Shown: in pieces, positions 1 to 13,194 of the stretch
Layout: every line of letters begins with the position of its first letter
Numbering within the stretch: position 1 is the first letter of the stretch
From: Epiperipatus broadwayi
Lineage: Eukaryota; Animalia; Onychophora
Length of the DNA stretch: 64,000 nucleotides
NCBI GenBank assembly: GCA_028023455.1
Contig: JAQFVV010000002.1
Location: 32,240,001 to 32,304,000 of the forward strand
Direction of reading: 5' to 3'
Translations under genes and position numbers: made by a program
The notes under the pieces: model-generated
Seen by the model: the letters and a program-made list of their open reading frames with translations, nothing else
What the model was told of the DNA's origin: nothing
Database searches by the model: none

Positions 1-68
1 TAGCAGAGCTCTTTATTTTTTATTTACAAGTTTAATAATAGAGTCATGTGATATATGACTTTGATTTT
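1..68 (+). mobile_element. family D element, 3' tail only (continues left of the window)
   Basis: tagcagagctcttt...tttacaagtttaa...gtcatgtgatatatgact matches 34015-34085. Confidence 0.6.
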
Positions 69-3000
69 TTATATTTAATGAGCTTTCATAATATTATTGG
101 AATTTTTATCATGAATTTTCAAATTGTTTGGGTTACAATTATGTAAATTCATGTTTAATGGAAACTTGCACTTCCTACATATTATTGACATTCCATTCCG
201 TCAGTTCGTAATATCACTTATTAACTAATTTAATTTATTTTATCTATAAAAACAACTGATTTAACAGACACATTCGTATCTGTTTTGTTTTATCTCAAAT
301 TAAGATCTCCCTTTCTGGATGTTTAACCAAGAATCTGCAATCAAAGAATTTTAACATAAAAAGTGATAATTTTATGATGTTCCAAACAAATTTCTTTTTA
401 CAGATCCAACAATTAGCCATCTGGATTTGCTCTTCCTAAATGCAATTGGAGTCTTGTCAACAGGTTCAAGACAACCCAAAGTTGTGCTCATATGCTTTAT
501 AAATGGAATTTATTACCACTGGTTTACATAAATGGGAACAACAAGCAATGAATCATATAGTTAATTACTACCAAATCAATTTAAGCTATAATGATAAAAT
601 TGAAAGTCTTAATAAAGTCACTAGTAAATCTATCTTCTAGTCGGAATCTTTATAGAATTCTTTATGGTAGTTTATTAATAGTTCAATTGCCAAAAAAAAT
701 CAATGTTAAATAATATAAATATGTACGATGATACATAAACTATAAATAAATAATTGTTAAAAAAAAAAAAGTTTAAAGTCTTTTCTAAGTGAATAAAAAA
801 AATTGTAATATTTTTATTTTTCCTGACTTTCAGAAAAGAAGAGAGAGAGAGGAGGTTTTTGTTTTTTTAATTTGAACTTGAAAAATTTCCTTAAGAGGTT
901 ATCCTTTTATAGTATCAATTTAAAGAAAAGAACACATGAAAATGTTTTTTTATCTTATGAAACATTTTTTGTTAAGAATAGAAAAACTTTTGTGTTGATT
1001 AGAAAAATCTTTTGTGAAATGTAGGATTTAATTTATTATCTTTCCTCGTATTTTTTGAGTACAGATAATTAAGGAGTGATATTAAGTTGTTTGTTTTGAC
1101 CAACCAATCGACTAACAATCGGTTTATTAGTTGTTTTAATTTTAAATATATCTTCTATATAAGATGCATTCATCCAGAAAAAGTTTTTAAAAAATATTTA
1201 TTATTGTCAGAGTAATATTAATAGAGTGAAAGTTAATAAAATCTGCCAAGGTGCTGCAAATTGATATCACAATGCTAATTGGCTTAAAACTTTGAATCAT
1301 CCATTGACTTTCCATGATAGCTGATCTAAAGAATCTCTTCAAAAAAAGTCTGATATTAATTTAAATTACTGTCTTAAAAAAAAAAAAAGGTTGTTGAAGA
1401 ATATATTTCTGCATTTCAAGCATGAAGAAAATTACTTGGAATCAGTAAAACTTTAAATCTCAAAAGAATTTGTCATTCTTAGAGAAAATTAGGAACTCTT
1501 AGTATATATACAGAAAGGCAACTCCAGAATTCAGAAATTATTTTTACTTAAAAGGCAAAAGAAAATATTAAGTTAAAAGCAGTTAAATTTCTAGAGAATT
1601 GCGATTCAAGAAAACTTCTTAAGTTCATACTGAATGACCGACTTATTTCACAAAGTGTCTGGGGTATGAAAAGATACACCCTTTAATTTTTTTTTTACTT
1701 AAATTGCTTAATTTCATTATATTTAATAATTTTGAATATTAAAGCAAACTATATTTAATATTCATAGTATATTCATTTATTTATTTTATAAAATAATATT
1801 GTAAAAGCTGATTAATTTTTCCCATCAAATAACTGATAATCAATTATTTAATGCAAAATTGTGTATTGTTACTATATATGATCAGATTCATTATTTAAGT
1901 ATATATATATTGTTACTTAAAATATAATATGTGCTGTGATTGGTTAATATATTGAACTTATATTTTTATAAGCTGAAAGTGTTATTTGCTTATACCGACA
2001 GAATGTAACTGATTATAGTGTATATAAAAGTATATGTGTATTTATGGATTAGTTGTCATATCAAAACTCTAATATAAATAATTCTCAGGATATGCTTGCA
2101 CATATTTCGCCCCATTTTGATTCTTTATTACAGTTGTTATACTATTTGATTCACTAATGTAATGCTTCAGCTGATCATTGTCAAGAACCAATTCTATATA
2201 ATGTTATATTTTTAATGGCCCAATATGATGCTTCCTACTTATACGTATTGTATTCTTATATACAATCACATATATGATTATCCTGAAATTTCTTTAAAAT
2301 GTTTATTTTCTATTGTCAAGGGATATATAATGAAGAGACATCACTGGCATTTTTATGCCAATACAATCTTTTGAATCATTATGAAGGCCCGTCTTGTTCT
2401 ACTAACCTTGGAAAAGAAGAAAAAACTCCCTAGCAGAATTTACTCCAATTTTTCAGTATCCACAGAAAAGTTGACAGGCAACTTGTTCAATTAGAAGCAA
2501 CAATTGGATTTTCCATTATTCTGATTTGAATAGGAAAGAGTATTGTAGCTTTACTTTGCATGAGATTTTAGAAGATTGTTTTTTGGTTTTTTTTACAATA
2601 TATCTGCAATAATGAGCAAAATGTTTACAGAAAAATGTTCAAATATTGATTTCATTATATGCAGAGAAATTTGCTCAATTAAAATTTACTTTCATATTTT
2701 ACTGTTTTTTAAATAAATTTCACTATTTTTATGTCTTCATGTGTTTTTTTTTGCCTATACATTATTTTAAATGATCAGATAATATTTTTATTTTGGGAAA
2801 AAGCAAAAACAAATTGCTAGATTAACATTTTCTTATCAACTTTCATTTATGAGAGCTGGCTCCACCAAAGGGTAGATTGATACTCTTCCCTCTCGAAAAC
2901 ACTATTTGAAATAAAAGAAGTAATGTGAGTGGAATGTTTCATGAGAATTTACAATAATAACCACTTTTTATGGTATTCTATGTTTTTCATTTTTCTCATA

Positions 3001-5376
3001 AACAGGCAATTTTTTTTTATATTTAATTTCTTATGGATTTCTTGCTATCAGTTATTTTGTTGTTGATTATTTGATTTGCTTTTTGTATTATTATACTTGA
3101 ATAAATCCTAATTTAAATTCATTCTAAGAATTGTTTTTTATTATTATTTAATTTCTTTCAGAATTGTTTGTATTTAGCACACTTATTGATTGTATTTGGT
3201 TTGCAATCACTGTGTACTGATTTAATTGCTAAATATATTCTTTTCAGGTTTCTTTTGAAAATGTATTCACATTTTTTTGGAGATTTTTTTGAATGAAAAA
3301 TAAGAAATTTATTATTATTTTTATTTACTGCTATGTGGGTAGTGATTCTGTCCTAACAGTAAAGTTGATGCTCATCTACTACCATTGTATTTTACTGAGC
3401 AAATACAGTCGCAATTGAAAACTTTCCTTGAAGAAAGAAAGGGGGTGGGGACTAACTAATCTGTTTACAATGTTGATGACAAAAAATGTTATTGGATGTT
3501 TCAAATGAAGAATAAACAGAAAAGGAGATATCAGCCATTAATAGATGAATTTGGTGATTAATAAACAAGTCTTAATTGCAGTTGGCACTAAATTCGTCAT
3601 CTATTCCGTTCTGCAATTTTAAAAACTCGAATACATATCATTTAATCACAGTCTTTGGGACAGTGATGATACATTTCAGGATCTTTTCTAGAAAGCAAGA
3701 GGTAGCATGGCAGGACCGATTATGTATAATTTTTTGAAAAGAGTTAACATCCAATCTCAAATTATAACATGGCAAGTATTTTGCTGATTTTTTTTAAAAA
3801 AAAAAATTATACTAAAATCAAATTAATGGATATTATTATTAAGCATAAAATTGGTAAATTGAAAATACCCAAATTCTAACTGAAATATTGTAGGCAGATT
3901 TATCTTTAAATTACATTTTATATATTTATGTAACAACATGATGTAGGCTTACTACAAATAATTTAGTAAAGTGCTACTAATATGTGTTTGTGAATGTCAG
4001 CACTTCGCTGTTAGTCCATATTTTTGTTACCAAAAAACCATAATATACTCTAAAGGACAGTGAAGGAATTTAATTTTTACAATGAATTCAGTTTCAATGT
4101 ATAACTTAAAAAAATGTAATCTCATCATCTTTATATTCTGGTTTTAGGAATTTTGTTTTGATAACGAATAAATTATTTTGTCATTGTTGATTCTTTTTCT
4201 ATTTGCCTGAAATTTGATATGGAATTGTATATCTATTTTTATATATTTTTTGAATATCCATTTACTGCTCTTACATTGAAAAATCATATGAATTACTTCT
4301 ATCTGAGTTTCTATTTTGTTTGAATGAAAATAACAGAACATTCTAGGATACAATCTAAATATTTCTTGGATATTAATATTATACACTGAAAAATGAAAAA
4401 TCTCAAAAATAGATGGTCATATTAATATTTACAAATAGCATTATTTAGAGAACTTGAACATATATGAATTGCCATGTGACCAATTTACTTGTAAGGGAAA
4501 TAAAAAAAAGTTAAAGAATATTTTTTTATGAATTATGAATTTACACAGTGAATCAGAACTGCGATATCACATATAGTTTTCTGAAAGAAGATTTAAATGT
4601 ATAGAAAAGAAGAAAGTTGTTGAAGAATATTTTCTGTTGAATGCCCACCACAAATTATGTAAAGTTAATATGGTGTATGTGGATCTTAAATCAATATAAT
4701 ATAATGTCTTATAGAGTATGTTCATTGCACTATTTGGATGAATATGAATTAATTTTCATTGCATCATCTGCAAATTTGAGAATGATTTCCAATAATACAG
4801 GAAAGAAATAGTTAATGAGAAATTTAATCAACTGAATGGCACACAATGCTTGACCTGAATGTAGAATCTTTTAAAACTTTTGAGATGTGTTTTATTGCTG
4901 TATACATGTATGGATTATCAATTTAATTTTCAAATATTTATTGAAAACAAAGAATCAAGAATATACTTGTGATGGTGCTCAGACACAAGTTTCAATCTTT
5001 ATAATTGGAATTACAGGAGTGCAAATTCATTTGTTATTACAATTCACAGAGCCTTATCAAATCAATGGGCAATAATTTCATAGAAATAACAGAAGATATT
5101 TTTACATAACCCTAGTACTGCAACAAAGTCATTTTGGGGTTTTACAATTTCAAGAGATATAAATGACGAATCAGTCATCTTTGTATTATTTGAAATTTAT
5201 ATCAATAACTTAATCTTTAAACATCACATGATCACTATCCCATACTAGCACATAATTGTTATTAAACAATTCAAAACAAACAAAACTCTCCATATAGTAG
5301 TGCCATCTTGTGCTAACAAGAGCAATCAATGGATGCTAGAAGGCTTGTGCATAAAATCCCTATCTAGTGCCTACTC

Positions 5377-5435
5377 ATCCAATATCCCCAGACTAGTTTC
5401 TGGCTTGTGGCCTTCATCAGTGAGGAGCCTTGGAT
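5377..5435 (-). ncRNA. type I hammerhead ribozyme motif (family B)
   Basis: The minus strand reads AUCCAA GGC UCCUCA CUGAUGA A GGC CACAA GCC A GAAA CUAG UC UGGGGA UA UUGGAU. The core is intact. Confidence 0.8.
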
Positions 5436-5678
5436 CTGAAAGCACTGAACTTAGATCTTAGGATCTAATGCAACCTTCCAGCACCCACCTTTTAACTATT
5501 TAACTACAAAACTATGAGAATGAAAACACAATTACTATTTTCAATCCAAGCTCAATAGCACAAGATGGCACTACTATATGGAGAGTTTTGCTTTGTTTTG
5601 AATTGTTTAATAACAATTATGTGTTAGTATGAGATAGTGATTCATGTGATGTTTAGTGGTTTAACACCAATCCTGCCT

Positions 5679-5980
5679 AATAAGGATAGTGGTGGCTATG
5701 GTTGTTAAAGAGCCAAAGACACCAAAATGTATGGGTGCTGAATTGAGTTCAGACCCATATGATTATATAAGCTATTGAGCTTGGATTGAAAATAGTAATT
5801 GTGTTTTCATTCTCATAGTTTTGTAGTTAAATAAGGATAGTGGTGGCTATGGTTGTTAAAGAGCCAAAGACACCAAAATGTATGGGTGCTGAATTGAGTT
5901 CAGACCCATATGATTATATAAGCTATTGAGCTTGGATTGAAAATAGTAATTGTGTTTTCATTCTCATAGTTTTGTAGTTA
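5679..5980. repeat. 151-bp x2 tandem duplication inside the family B element
   Basis: aataaggatagtggtggc... starts at 5679 and 5830, and the two copies look identical. Confidence 0.92.
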
Positions 5981-6047
5981 AATAGAGTTAAAAGGTGGTT
6001 GCTGGAGGGTTGCATTAGATCCTAAGATCTAAGTGCAGCGCTTTCAG

Positions 6048-6106
6048 ATCCAAGGCTCCTCACTGATGAAGGCCACAAGCCAGAAACTAGTCTGGGGATA
6101 TTGGAT
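6048..6106 (+). ncRNA. type I hammerhead ribozyme motif (family B)
   Basis: CUGAUGA 6063-6069, stem II GGC/GCC, GAAA 6083-6086, palindromic stem III ACUAGU, GUC cleavage after 6092. Stem I is UCCUCA/UGGGGA plus AUCCAA/UUGGAU. Confidence 0.82.
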
Positions 6107-7665
6107 GAGTAGGCACTAGATAGGGATTTTATGCACAAACCTTCTGGCTTCCATTGATTGCTCTTGTTAGCACAAGATGACACTACTATATGGAGAGTTT
6201 TGCTTTGTTTTGAATTGTTTAACTTAATCTTTATTTTATTAAATTGATTTAGACTATTACTTATATTGATTATATACTACAGTTAGTATAATATAAGCTG
6301 AACCAAAACCATTCAACTTCTAGCTCGCTTTTAGATCTTCAAAAAGGAAAATAATTCACTCTTTTACCTTTGATTTTGAGTAAAGGGTGGGAATTCTGGG
6401 GATATGGGTAATCCAGTGCCTCTTATTGACAAGGGCCAGTAGTCAGATGTTAGTTTAAGATCATTCACTCTTTCTTATGCTGTCTATATCATGCTTGTGT
6501 AGATGACTCTAATGTAATACTTTACATGAAGTAAATTATGCAGTTTAATACTTTATATAATAATATGTCTTATTTATCCAAAAGACTCTTTTCTCTTTCA
6601 TTTGACTAAACCATCTGAGAAATTCATGGGTTGCCTTAATTTAATCATAACAATGTAAGAGATTTCAGGCAATTTGTAAGCTCTTCACTTGTCAAAGATT
6701 GCACATTTGTAAAAAGATTATAAATACAAAAAAGTGTGATTTTGGTAAGATTATAAATACTTTCTTTTCAAGATATACCGAACTTCTAATCCTGGTTTAC
6801 TTTGTGGATGCTGAATTAAATATTTTTACTAAATAATTTTGATGGGATCAAGGAATTCTTTTATTTTGCAGACTTAATAAAGTATTATAATTAGTATCAA
6901 TCATGCCTAAATTACTGTACATAATAGGAAATCTCATTTTTATATAAATGGTTAAAGAATATTTAAACTACTATGATATTTTAAATAGATCACATTTGCC
7001 AGAAATTAAGGATATAGTCAAATACAGATGCATGCAATTATTTGTTTGAATTTTTTTAAATATGAAGAGTTCCCTGAATGTAAGGGAAAATGTGATTGCA
7101 TGACAAAAGCATAAAAACTGTTTTAAAAAAATGCATTGAGAATTGTAGCTAAATATTTCTCAAATTATTATTATTTTTGGTTGATCTAAGAGTTTTTCAA
7201 GCAATCAAAATGAAACATTCAAACTTATCATGAATCGTAGATTTTGCCTGAGTGAGCAATATACAAGATTATTAATATACCATATTCACTTCAGAGATTA
7301 TTTTCTATGAAGTAAACTACATATGATACAGAAAATATATTTTCTAATGATTTTTAATGAGCACGTAAATAACTTTATAGCTTATCAAATATTTAACATT
7401 AAAAATATTCATTTATTTACCGAACAAACAAGTCCAGATATGCTACTAAGATAATTTGCGAGTAAGAATCATTTAAATGATCTTGTAAATAACATCCATC
7501 TTTCGTTTATCAATGCCAAGCTATTTTTTCAGAAAATAGCAGGGCATTATGCTTATGAATTATCTTAGTAACATATTCGGGCTTATTTGTTCTATGAGTA
7601 GGTTTATAAAATGTATGTCTGTAATATTTTGATTGAATATAAGCATAATTTATATACTCCGATAT

Positions 7666-7855
7666 AAATTATAAGGGACTTGAATACAGATTTTCAAACT
7701 CCCTTCAGTTACTCATTCTATCTCATACAATCAAACATGTGAAAAAGATAAATGACTTCCAGTATACATATTTTATATTGAACCAGCACATCAATTGGTC
7801 CAGATCATCATCTCCCACAGACATATATAATCAGTGGTCAATTTACATTAAGATA
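7666..7855 (-). mobile_element. family A single arm, decayed hammerhead
   Basis: ttataagggacttgaa...ttggtccagatcatcatctcccac...atatataatcagt matches the left arms at 17700, 32960 and 36060. Confidence 0.7.
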
Positions 7856-8379
7856 ATGTATATCTACACATTTTTAAGGGGCAAAGTGTGTTTCCTGATA
7901 AATATATTATAATTTGTTATGTTTTAGAAAGAAAATATGATATATTTTTACAACTTTTTTAGAATAGAGTTCAATAGAATAACCTTTGCTATGATAGCAC
8001 ATCGTTGATCAAATCACTTAATCAAAGTTATCTATGAAAAAAAAAGTCTTATTTTAACTGAATTTTATTATGAAGAGACATGAGAGTAAATATTCTGTAT
8101 TGATGCAGAAATTATGAAAAAGATTTTTACTAGCAAATTGATAATGTTGTAAATAAATGATTAATACTGATTGTTTACTAAAAGCAATTATTTAAAAAAA
8201 ATTGATGATAAATGATTAATATAAAAAAATAAGCACATATCTAACAATATTATATATGCAAGTATAGTAGCTCCCATCCCTTCCTAAAGATATTTTAATT
8301 GTGAATGAAATATATGTTGATTGGCAAGATTGAGTTTATTATTATTGTAAATATTTTATATATATATATTTCTTTTTAG

Positions 8380-8639
8380 TGGAGCACAGTGTGTCTTGAA
8401 TTACCTCACTGTGCTCTTAAGTCTGTTTGTACAGCACTGATGCAAGAATTGAAAAGGCTTAATCGTTATGTACCAGGGTTACCAATAGCTTCAGCAATTA
8501 GTGAACGATTAACATTATTATTTCCATCTTGTCCATCAGAAAACAGTTTAACTGCAGGCAGTGTGGTAGATAGATCTTTAATGTATAGTGAAGCGGCAAG
8601 AAGGGAAACATTTTGGAATTGGCCACACATGAATTACAA
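8380..8639 (+). CDS. BIRC6: BIRC6 internal coding exon (pre-BIR region and start of BIR)
   Basis: Acceptor ttttag|TGG and donor TACAA|gtaagt. Reads WSTVCLELPHCALKSVC...VDRSLMYSEAARRETFWNWPHMNY, recognisably homologous to vertebrate BIRC6 WATVTFHLPHHVLKSIA...VDRSLMYSEANRRETF (recalled from memory). Ends in phase 2. Confidence 0.96.
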
Positions 8640-9110
8640 GTAAGTTTATTTTAGAAACAAAATGATTTTTGGAACTTGTTCATGTATGGTTATGAGCTTC
8701 TTAACATATTTCTATACATTAATACAATAAACTTCAATCCATCCGTTTTTAAAAAGTCAGAAAAAATAAATGATAGATATTGGATTTTTTTTCTTTTCAC
8801 ATTTGGTTCTAAATACAATTTTCACAATTAACTTTAGTTTACTTAGCAAAAATAAAATATACTGCTATAAATGTATTTCATAGTATGTTGTATTATAAAA
8901 TGTAATAAACACAAGAAAATCATAGTCATTACTATAAAATAATAAAAATAAATAATTTAAATATTTTTAAAATTATTATTTGTAAATTGCATATTTTTTG
9001 TAAATAAATTTTAAAGTTTAATTTTTGGTAATAAATTTATTACATTTCTCATAAATTTATAATTAAAAAGATAAGTGTAATAATGTTCAAGGCTAAATGG
9101 ATTTATAAGT

Positions 9111-9296
9111 AATCATTGAAACCAATCAACACTTAGATAATATTAATAACAATCAACAGTCTCAAACTGTTTGTTGTCAAGGTAATAAAGGGATTCCATC
9201 TTTATTGTTAAAAGGAGGTTACCGTGACAACAGTTTGAAATTGTTGATTGTTATTGATATTGGGGTGATCTAAGTGTTGATTGGTTTTTAATGATT
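9111..9296. repeat. imperfect palindrome with arms of about 75 bp
   Basis: aatcattgaaaccaatcaacacttagat...tcaaactgtt pairs with aacagtttgaaattgttgattg...atctaagtgttgattggtttttaatgatt. Confidence 0.8.
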
Positions 9297-12200
9297 CATT
9301 AAAAAATTGTATGAAAATTTTTACCTGTTATAATACTAGCATTGATCAAGAAATAAATCACTATATCTTTGACTTTTTACATTTCCACTCCACTTGCTAT
9401 GAAAAGATATGTCCAACATATTTCTTCCTTAACAAAACAAAAAAAAAAAATATTTGAAGGTAAATTATTGCATAATTATTAAAAATGGAGATTTTAAGAG
9501 TAAATATATTTAATTAATATTGATGATTTCAATGAGAACATAAATGATTTTATAGCTAATCAAACGTATCGTTAAAAGGTTTTTTCACAGAAAAAAAACA
9601 ATGTTCAAATACGTTACTGAGATAATTCACAAGTCAGATCCTTAAAGAATCATTTTTAAATAAACTTGTAAATAACAACTACCTTTTGTTATATAACTGC
9701 CAATCTATTTTGTCAAATAAAAGATGATCACTTTTTTCTGACCTTCAGTTTGTTATATATCAATAAATAAAGCATCGATAAATTGAAAGCTTTTTTTATT
9801 TGCTGTGATTTTTATTTTTAAATTAATCAAGCCAGCTTACAGTTTTAAATATTAATTCAGATAAAATACTAATGCTTTTAATGAACACGTAAATGATTTT
9901 ATGGCTGATCAAATGTCAACCGTAAAATTATTTATGTGCTCATTAAAGGCATTACTATTTTGTCTAAATTAATATTTGAAATTATAAGCCAGCTTGAATA
10001 ATTTAAAAAATAATATTTGTTGTAAATAAGAAGTTTTATTCTTTTCAAAGTATCAATATTTTATTTTTTGCTATATAGCAAACCTGATCAGGTCAAAGTG
10101 GTCATTTTTTCTCTGACAAAAAACAAATTGGCACTGGTATATCAAAAGGAATGCATTATTTAAAAGTTTATTTAAAAGTGATTTTTAAAGATTGGTTTGT
10201 AAATTATCTTAGTAACATATTCAGACTTGTTTGCTCTGTGAAATAAATTTATAATTATTATTAAATATTTATATATTCACACACGAGTATGTGTATTTTG
10301 CTTATACAGTGCTAGCATTTTGATTTTGATTTTTTAAGTAATTTAATTTTTTTTCCTATTAAATATTAATTTTACAATAATAAATTTATATATATACACA
10401 CACACATTTATTTATTTTTCAGACTGCCTGGCTTGTTTGTATTTTGATTTTTTGAAATAACAAGTGAATTTCTTTTTATCTTCTAAATAATAATTTTACA
10501 ATAATAAAATTTATGTATATATTTTCAAAGGACAACCCTATTAATTGTTTGTAATATATATACAGACACATACGCATATTTATGATATGTACAACATTTT
10601 GCAGATCCTCTGCTTAGGTTCCATTGTATATTATTGTGTAACATTTTTATTCATTATAATATATTTATTTCTATAGTAAAAAATAATTTATTAAAAATTT
10701 TGACAATAGATCGTAATTTTATAAATGTAAAAATAAATTGAAATAAATATTTAATTAATTCTCTCTAAAAGTTGTTTATAATAATCGGTAAATAATTTTT
10801 TTCCATTTTTTAAAAGTCAAAATTTTTTGTGGAGGGGGGGGGGGCTCTAGATTTAAATTATTGTAACTTTAATTTTTCCCCCCATAGAACATAATAACAG
10901 ACAATTTTAAAAAGAAGAGACTAACCCTTCAAATAATGTATTATGCAATCTTATAGCTTGAGTAGTTTTTCTGCTAATTTGAATTGAAGATGAGGATTGG
11001 TCACTTTGACGAAAAAAAAATGTGGGAAGGACTGTTTCGCAACAAATAGTTAAGTACAAATTAGATATTATAATTCAAATCTTTCCAGACTTATTTGCAA
11101 AATATATGTGTATACATATTGTAACTAAATAATGTGATCAAAAGAATTCAAATATAAATAAAGGTAGAAAAGATTCAAATATAAATATTACCATACCAAA
11201 ATTCAAATATTGTAACTTAATAAACGAAAAAATAATTGTAACTTAAATTAACTTGGATTAGAACTTAAATAAAGTTGGATCAATGGAATCAAGTAAAATA
11301 TTATTATTTTATATTTTTACCCGAGTCCAAAGGCATTGTAGCCAAAAATATATGAAAACATCAAGATGCCTATCTCCAACATATTGCCATTGTAACTTAA
11401 ATAAAAGGTTCAAAAGATTCATTACCATATCTGAGTAGTCTATAATGTATAAGATCATAATATTTAAAATAACGTTGGATTAAATGAAACATACTCCTGG
11501 ATAGTAGCTATAATAGTCAATAAATATTAAAATGATGAGTAGGAATAAATTAAACATATTTCTATAATTAGAAATTAAAGATATCATAGTATTTCAAACC
11601 CTAGTTAGGCAGGCATTGTATCCTCAATAAACAAGTAGATCAAACTATAAGCAATTATTATTCAGAACAAACTATTATAACTCAGGTATATGGAAATCAA
11701 GTGAGTGCGTACACTGGTAACTCAATCAAATATCTCTCAATATATCCAACTGTAGATTTTACTCACTCTTATCTCTTGGTTGGATCTCAAGTGCATATCT
11801 ACGTGAACAACAAGTGAATATGGTCTATCAGGGCGCCACTAGGTTAGCTGGACCTAGACAAAGTTATATTTATAACTTTTTCACATGTACCGGGTTTGAA
11901 TCCCTTTTTGGTACTTTATTTCTAATAAAAATGGAGGATTTTGCTTTTAGACCCATATCACTGTATGCAATAATATTTAGTTAAACATAAAACATCCTAA
12001 AACTAAAGTGGAGTATATAAATTCATTAAACAGAAATCATTTTCTTAGATCTCAACATAATAAATGTGTTTCAATATTTTTCTTTACAAGTTTTACTAGC
12101 TCAGATTATTATTATTAATTTAGGATGGCAATTCACTCATCCTTGCATGAAATAGATGATGGAATGGTGGTTATTATAATAATAATAAGAAATCCATATT

Positions 12201-13194
12201 TATTTATGGCCTTTAAACATTTAAACAGCTCATTAATTAAAATGTGATGATGACGATGATGATAATGATAACGATAATGGTCAACCACAGCTTTAGGACT
12301 AAGCCTAATCATAAACCTAATTTTTATAAAGAAATTCATAATTATTGCTTAATTTTAGTATATCTAATTGGAACTTAAATAGCTAATATTCACCTTGATG
12401 ATGAATGATCACACTTAATAAAGACTACTCTTAATGAAATATATACACCTCGTTTAATAAAATAAACTAATATTTATTGCTGCATTTCTAACATATACAT
12501 AAAAATTTCTATATCTACATGAAAATTGATATTAACAATAACAACAATAATCATAATCGACTGTTTTAAAATCATAACATTAATTTTAAATTCTTCCCCC
12601 TTTCCCGTAAATGTATTTCAAATTGGATGTCACATTGACCATGATTTTTACTCCACAAGAAGATGTCTCCAAAAAAAAAATGAACACTCTTTTTTTTCTC
12701 TCTCTCTCTTCTCTTTCGCACGCATACCTTTATAAATCTAACATGTAAAGTAGAATGACAAAAATAAATGTTAGTAAAATTGGAAAGAGTGAGTTTTAGA
12801 AACAAGTTTTAAATTATTTTTCTCCCCCTCCCTTCTACCCTCGGAAATGCTATACTTTAACTTAAAACACAATACTCTAATATTCGTAATATTGCCTATT
12901 GTTTTACATTCACACACAATTACATATATGCAACAAGTATTATATTATTATGTATGTGCGTGTTTTATCCCCATAATAACAAAAATATTATTTAAAACAA
13001 AATAACAATAACAACAACAAAAAAAAATGTTAGATATTAATAACATTTCATAAACTTTAAGTTAATAAACAATCATAATTTTAGTACATATAAAATCATT
13101 CCTGAAGCTTATGTTTATCGTTATTAAGAAATTCTGGGTTTCAATTAACCTTTTAACCGCTAATTATATTATTGGTTGTATGAGGTAAAAATCA

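Larger units (their letters stand above)
5220..6219. mobile_element. family B hammerhead element: inverted partial arm plus a partial-tandem main copy (Penelope-like/retrozyme-like)
   Basis: 14-bp TSD taacttaatcttta at 5206-5219 and 6220-6233. The left arm is the reverse complement of the right end. Carries two hammerheads and an internal 151-bp tandem duplication. Confidence 0.88.
7340..10260. repeat. cluster of diverged family G repeats (about 7340-7620, 9520-9700, 9870-9960, 10190-10260)
   Basis: Shared blocks aatgagcacgtaaataactttatagcttatcaaa / aatgagaacataaatgattttatagctaatcaaa / aatgaacacgtaaatgattttatggctgatcaaa. aattatcttagtaacatattc occurs as an inverted copy. Confidence 0.5.

Noticed and set aside
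404-540. Possible upstream exon after tttttacag (frame DPTISHLDLLFLNAIGVLSTG...)
   Set aside because: No good donor and no resemblance to the BIRC6 sequence expected before WSTV. The preceding exon is probably outside the window.
2042-2240. LWISCHI and DHCQEPI peptides resembling the I-clade LINE RNase H and zinc-finger motifs
   Set aside because: The motifs are only about 130 nt apart, with stops and frameshifts, which is too weak without a profile search.
11885-11905. B-box-like gggtttgaatccc suggesting a tRNA or SINE
   Set aside because: No A box at suitable spacing, no cloverleaf and no second copy.
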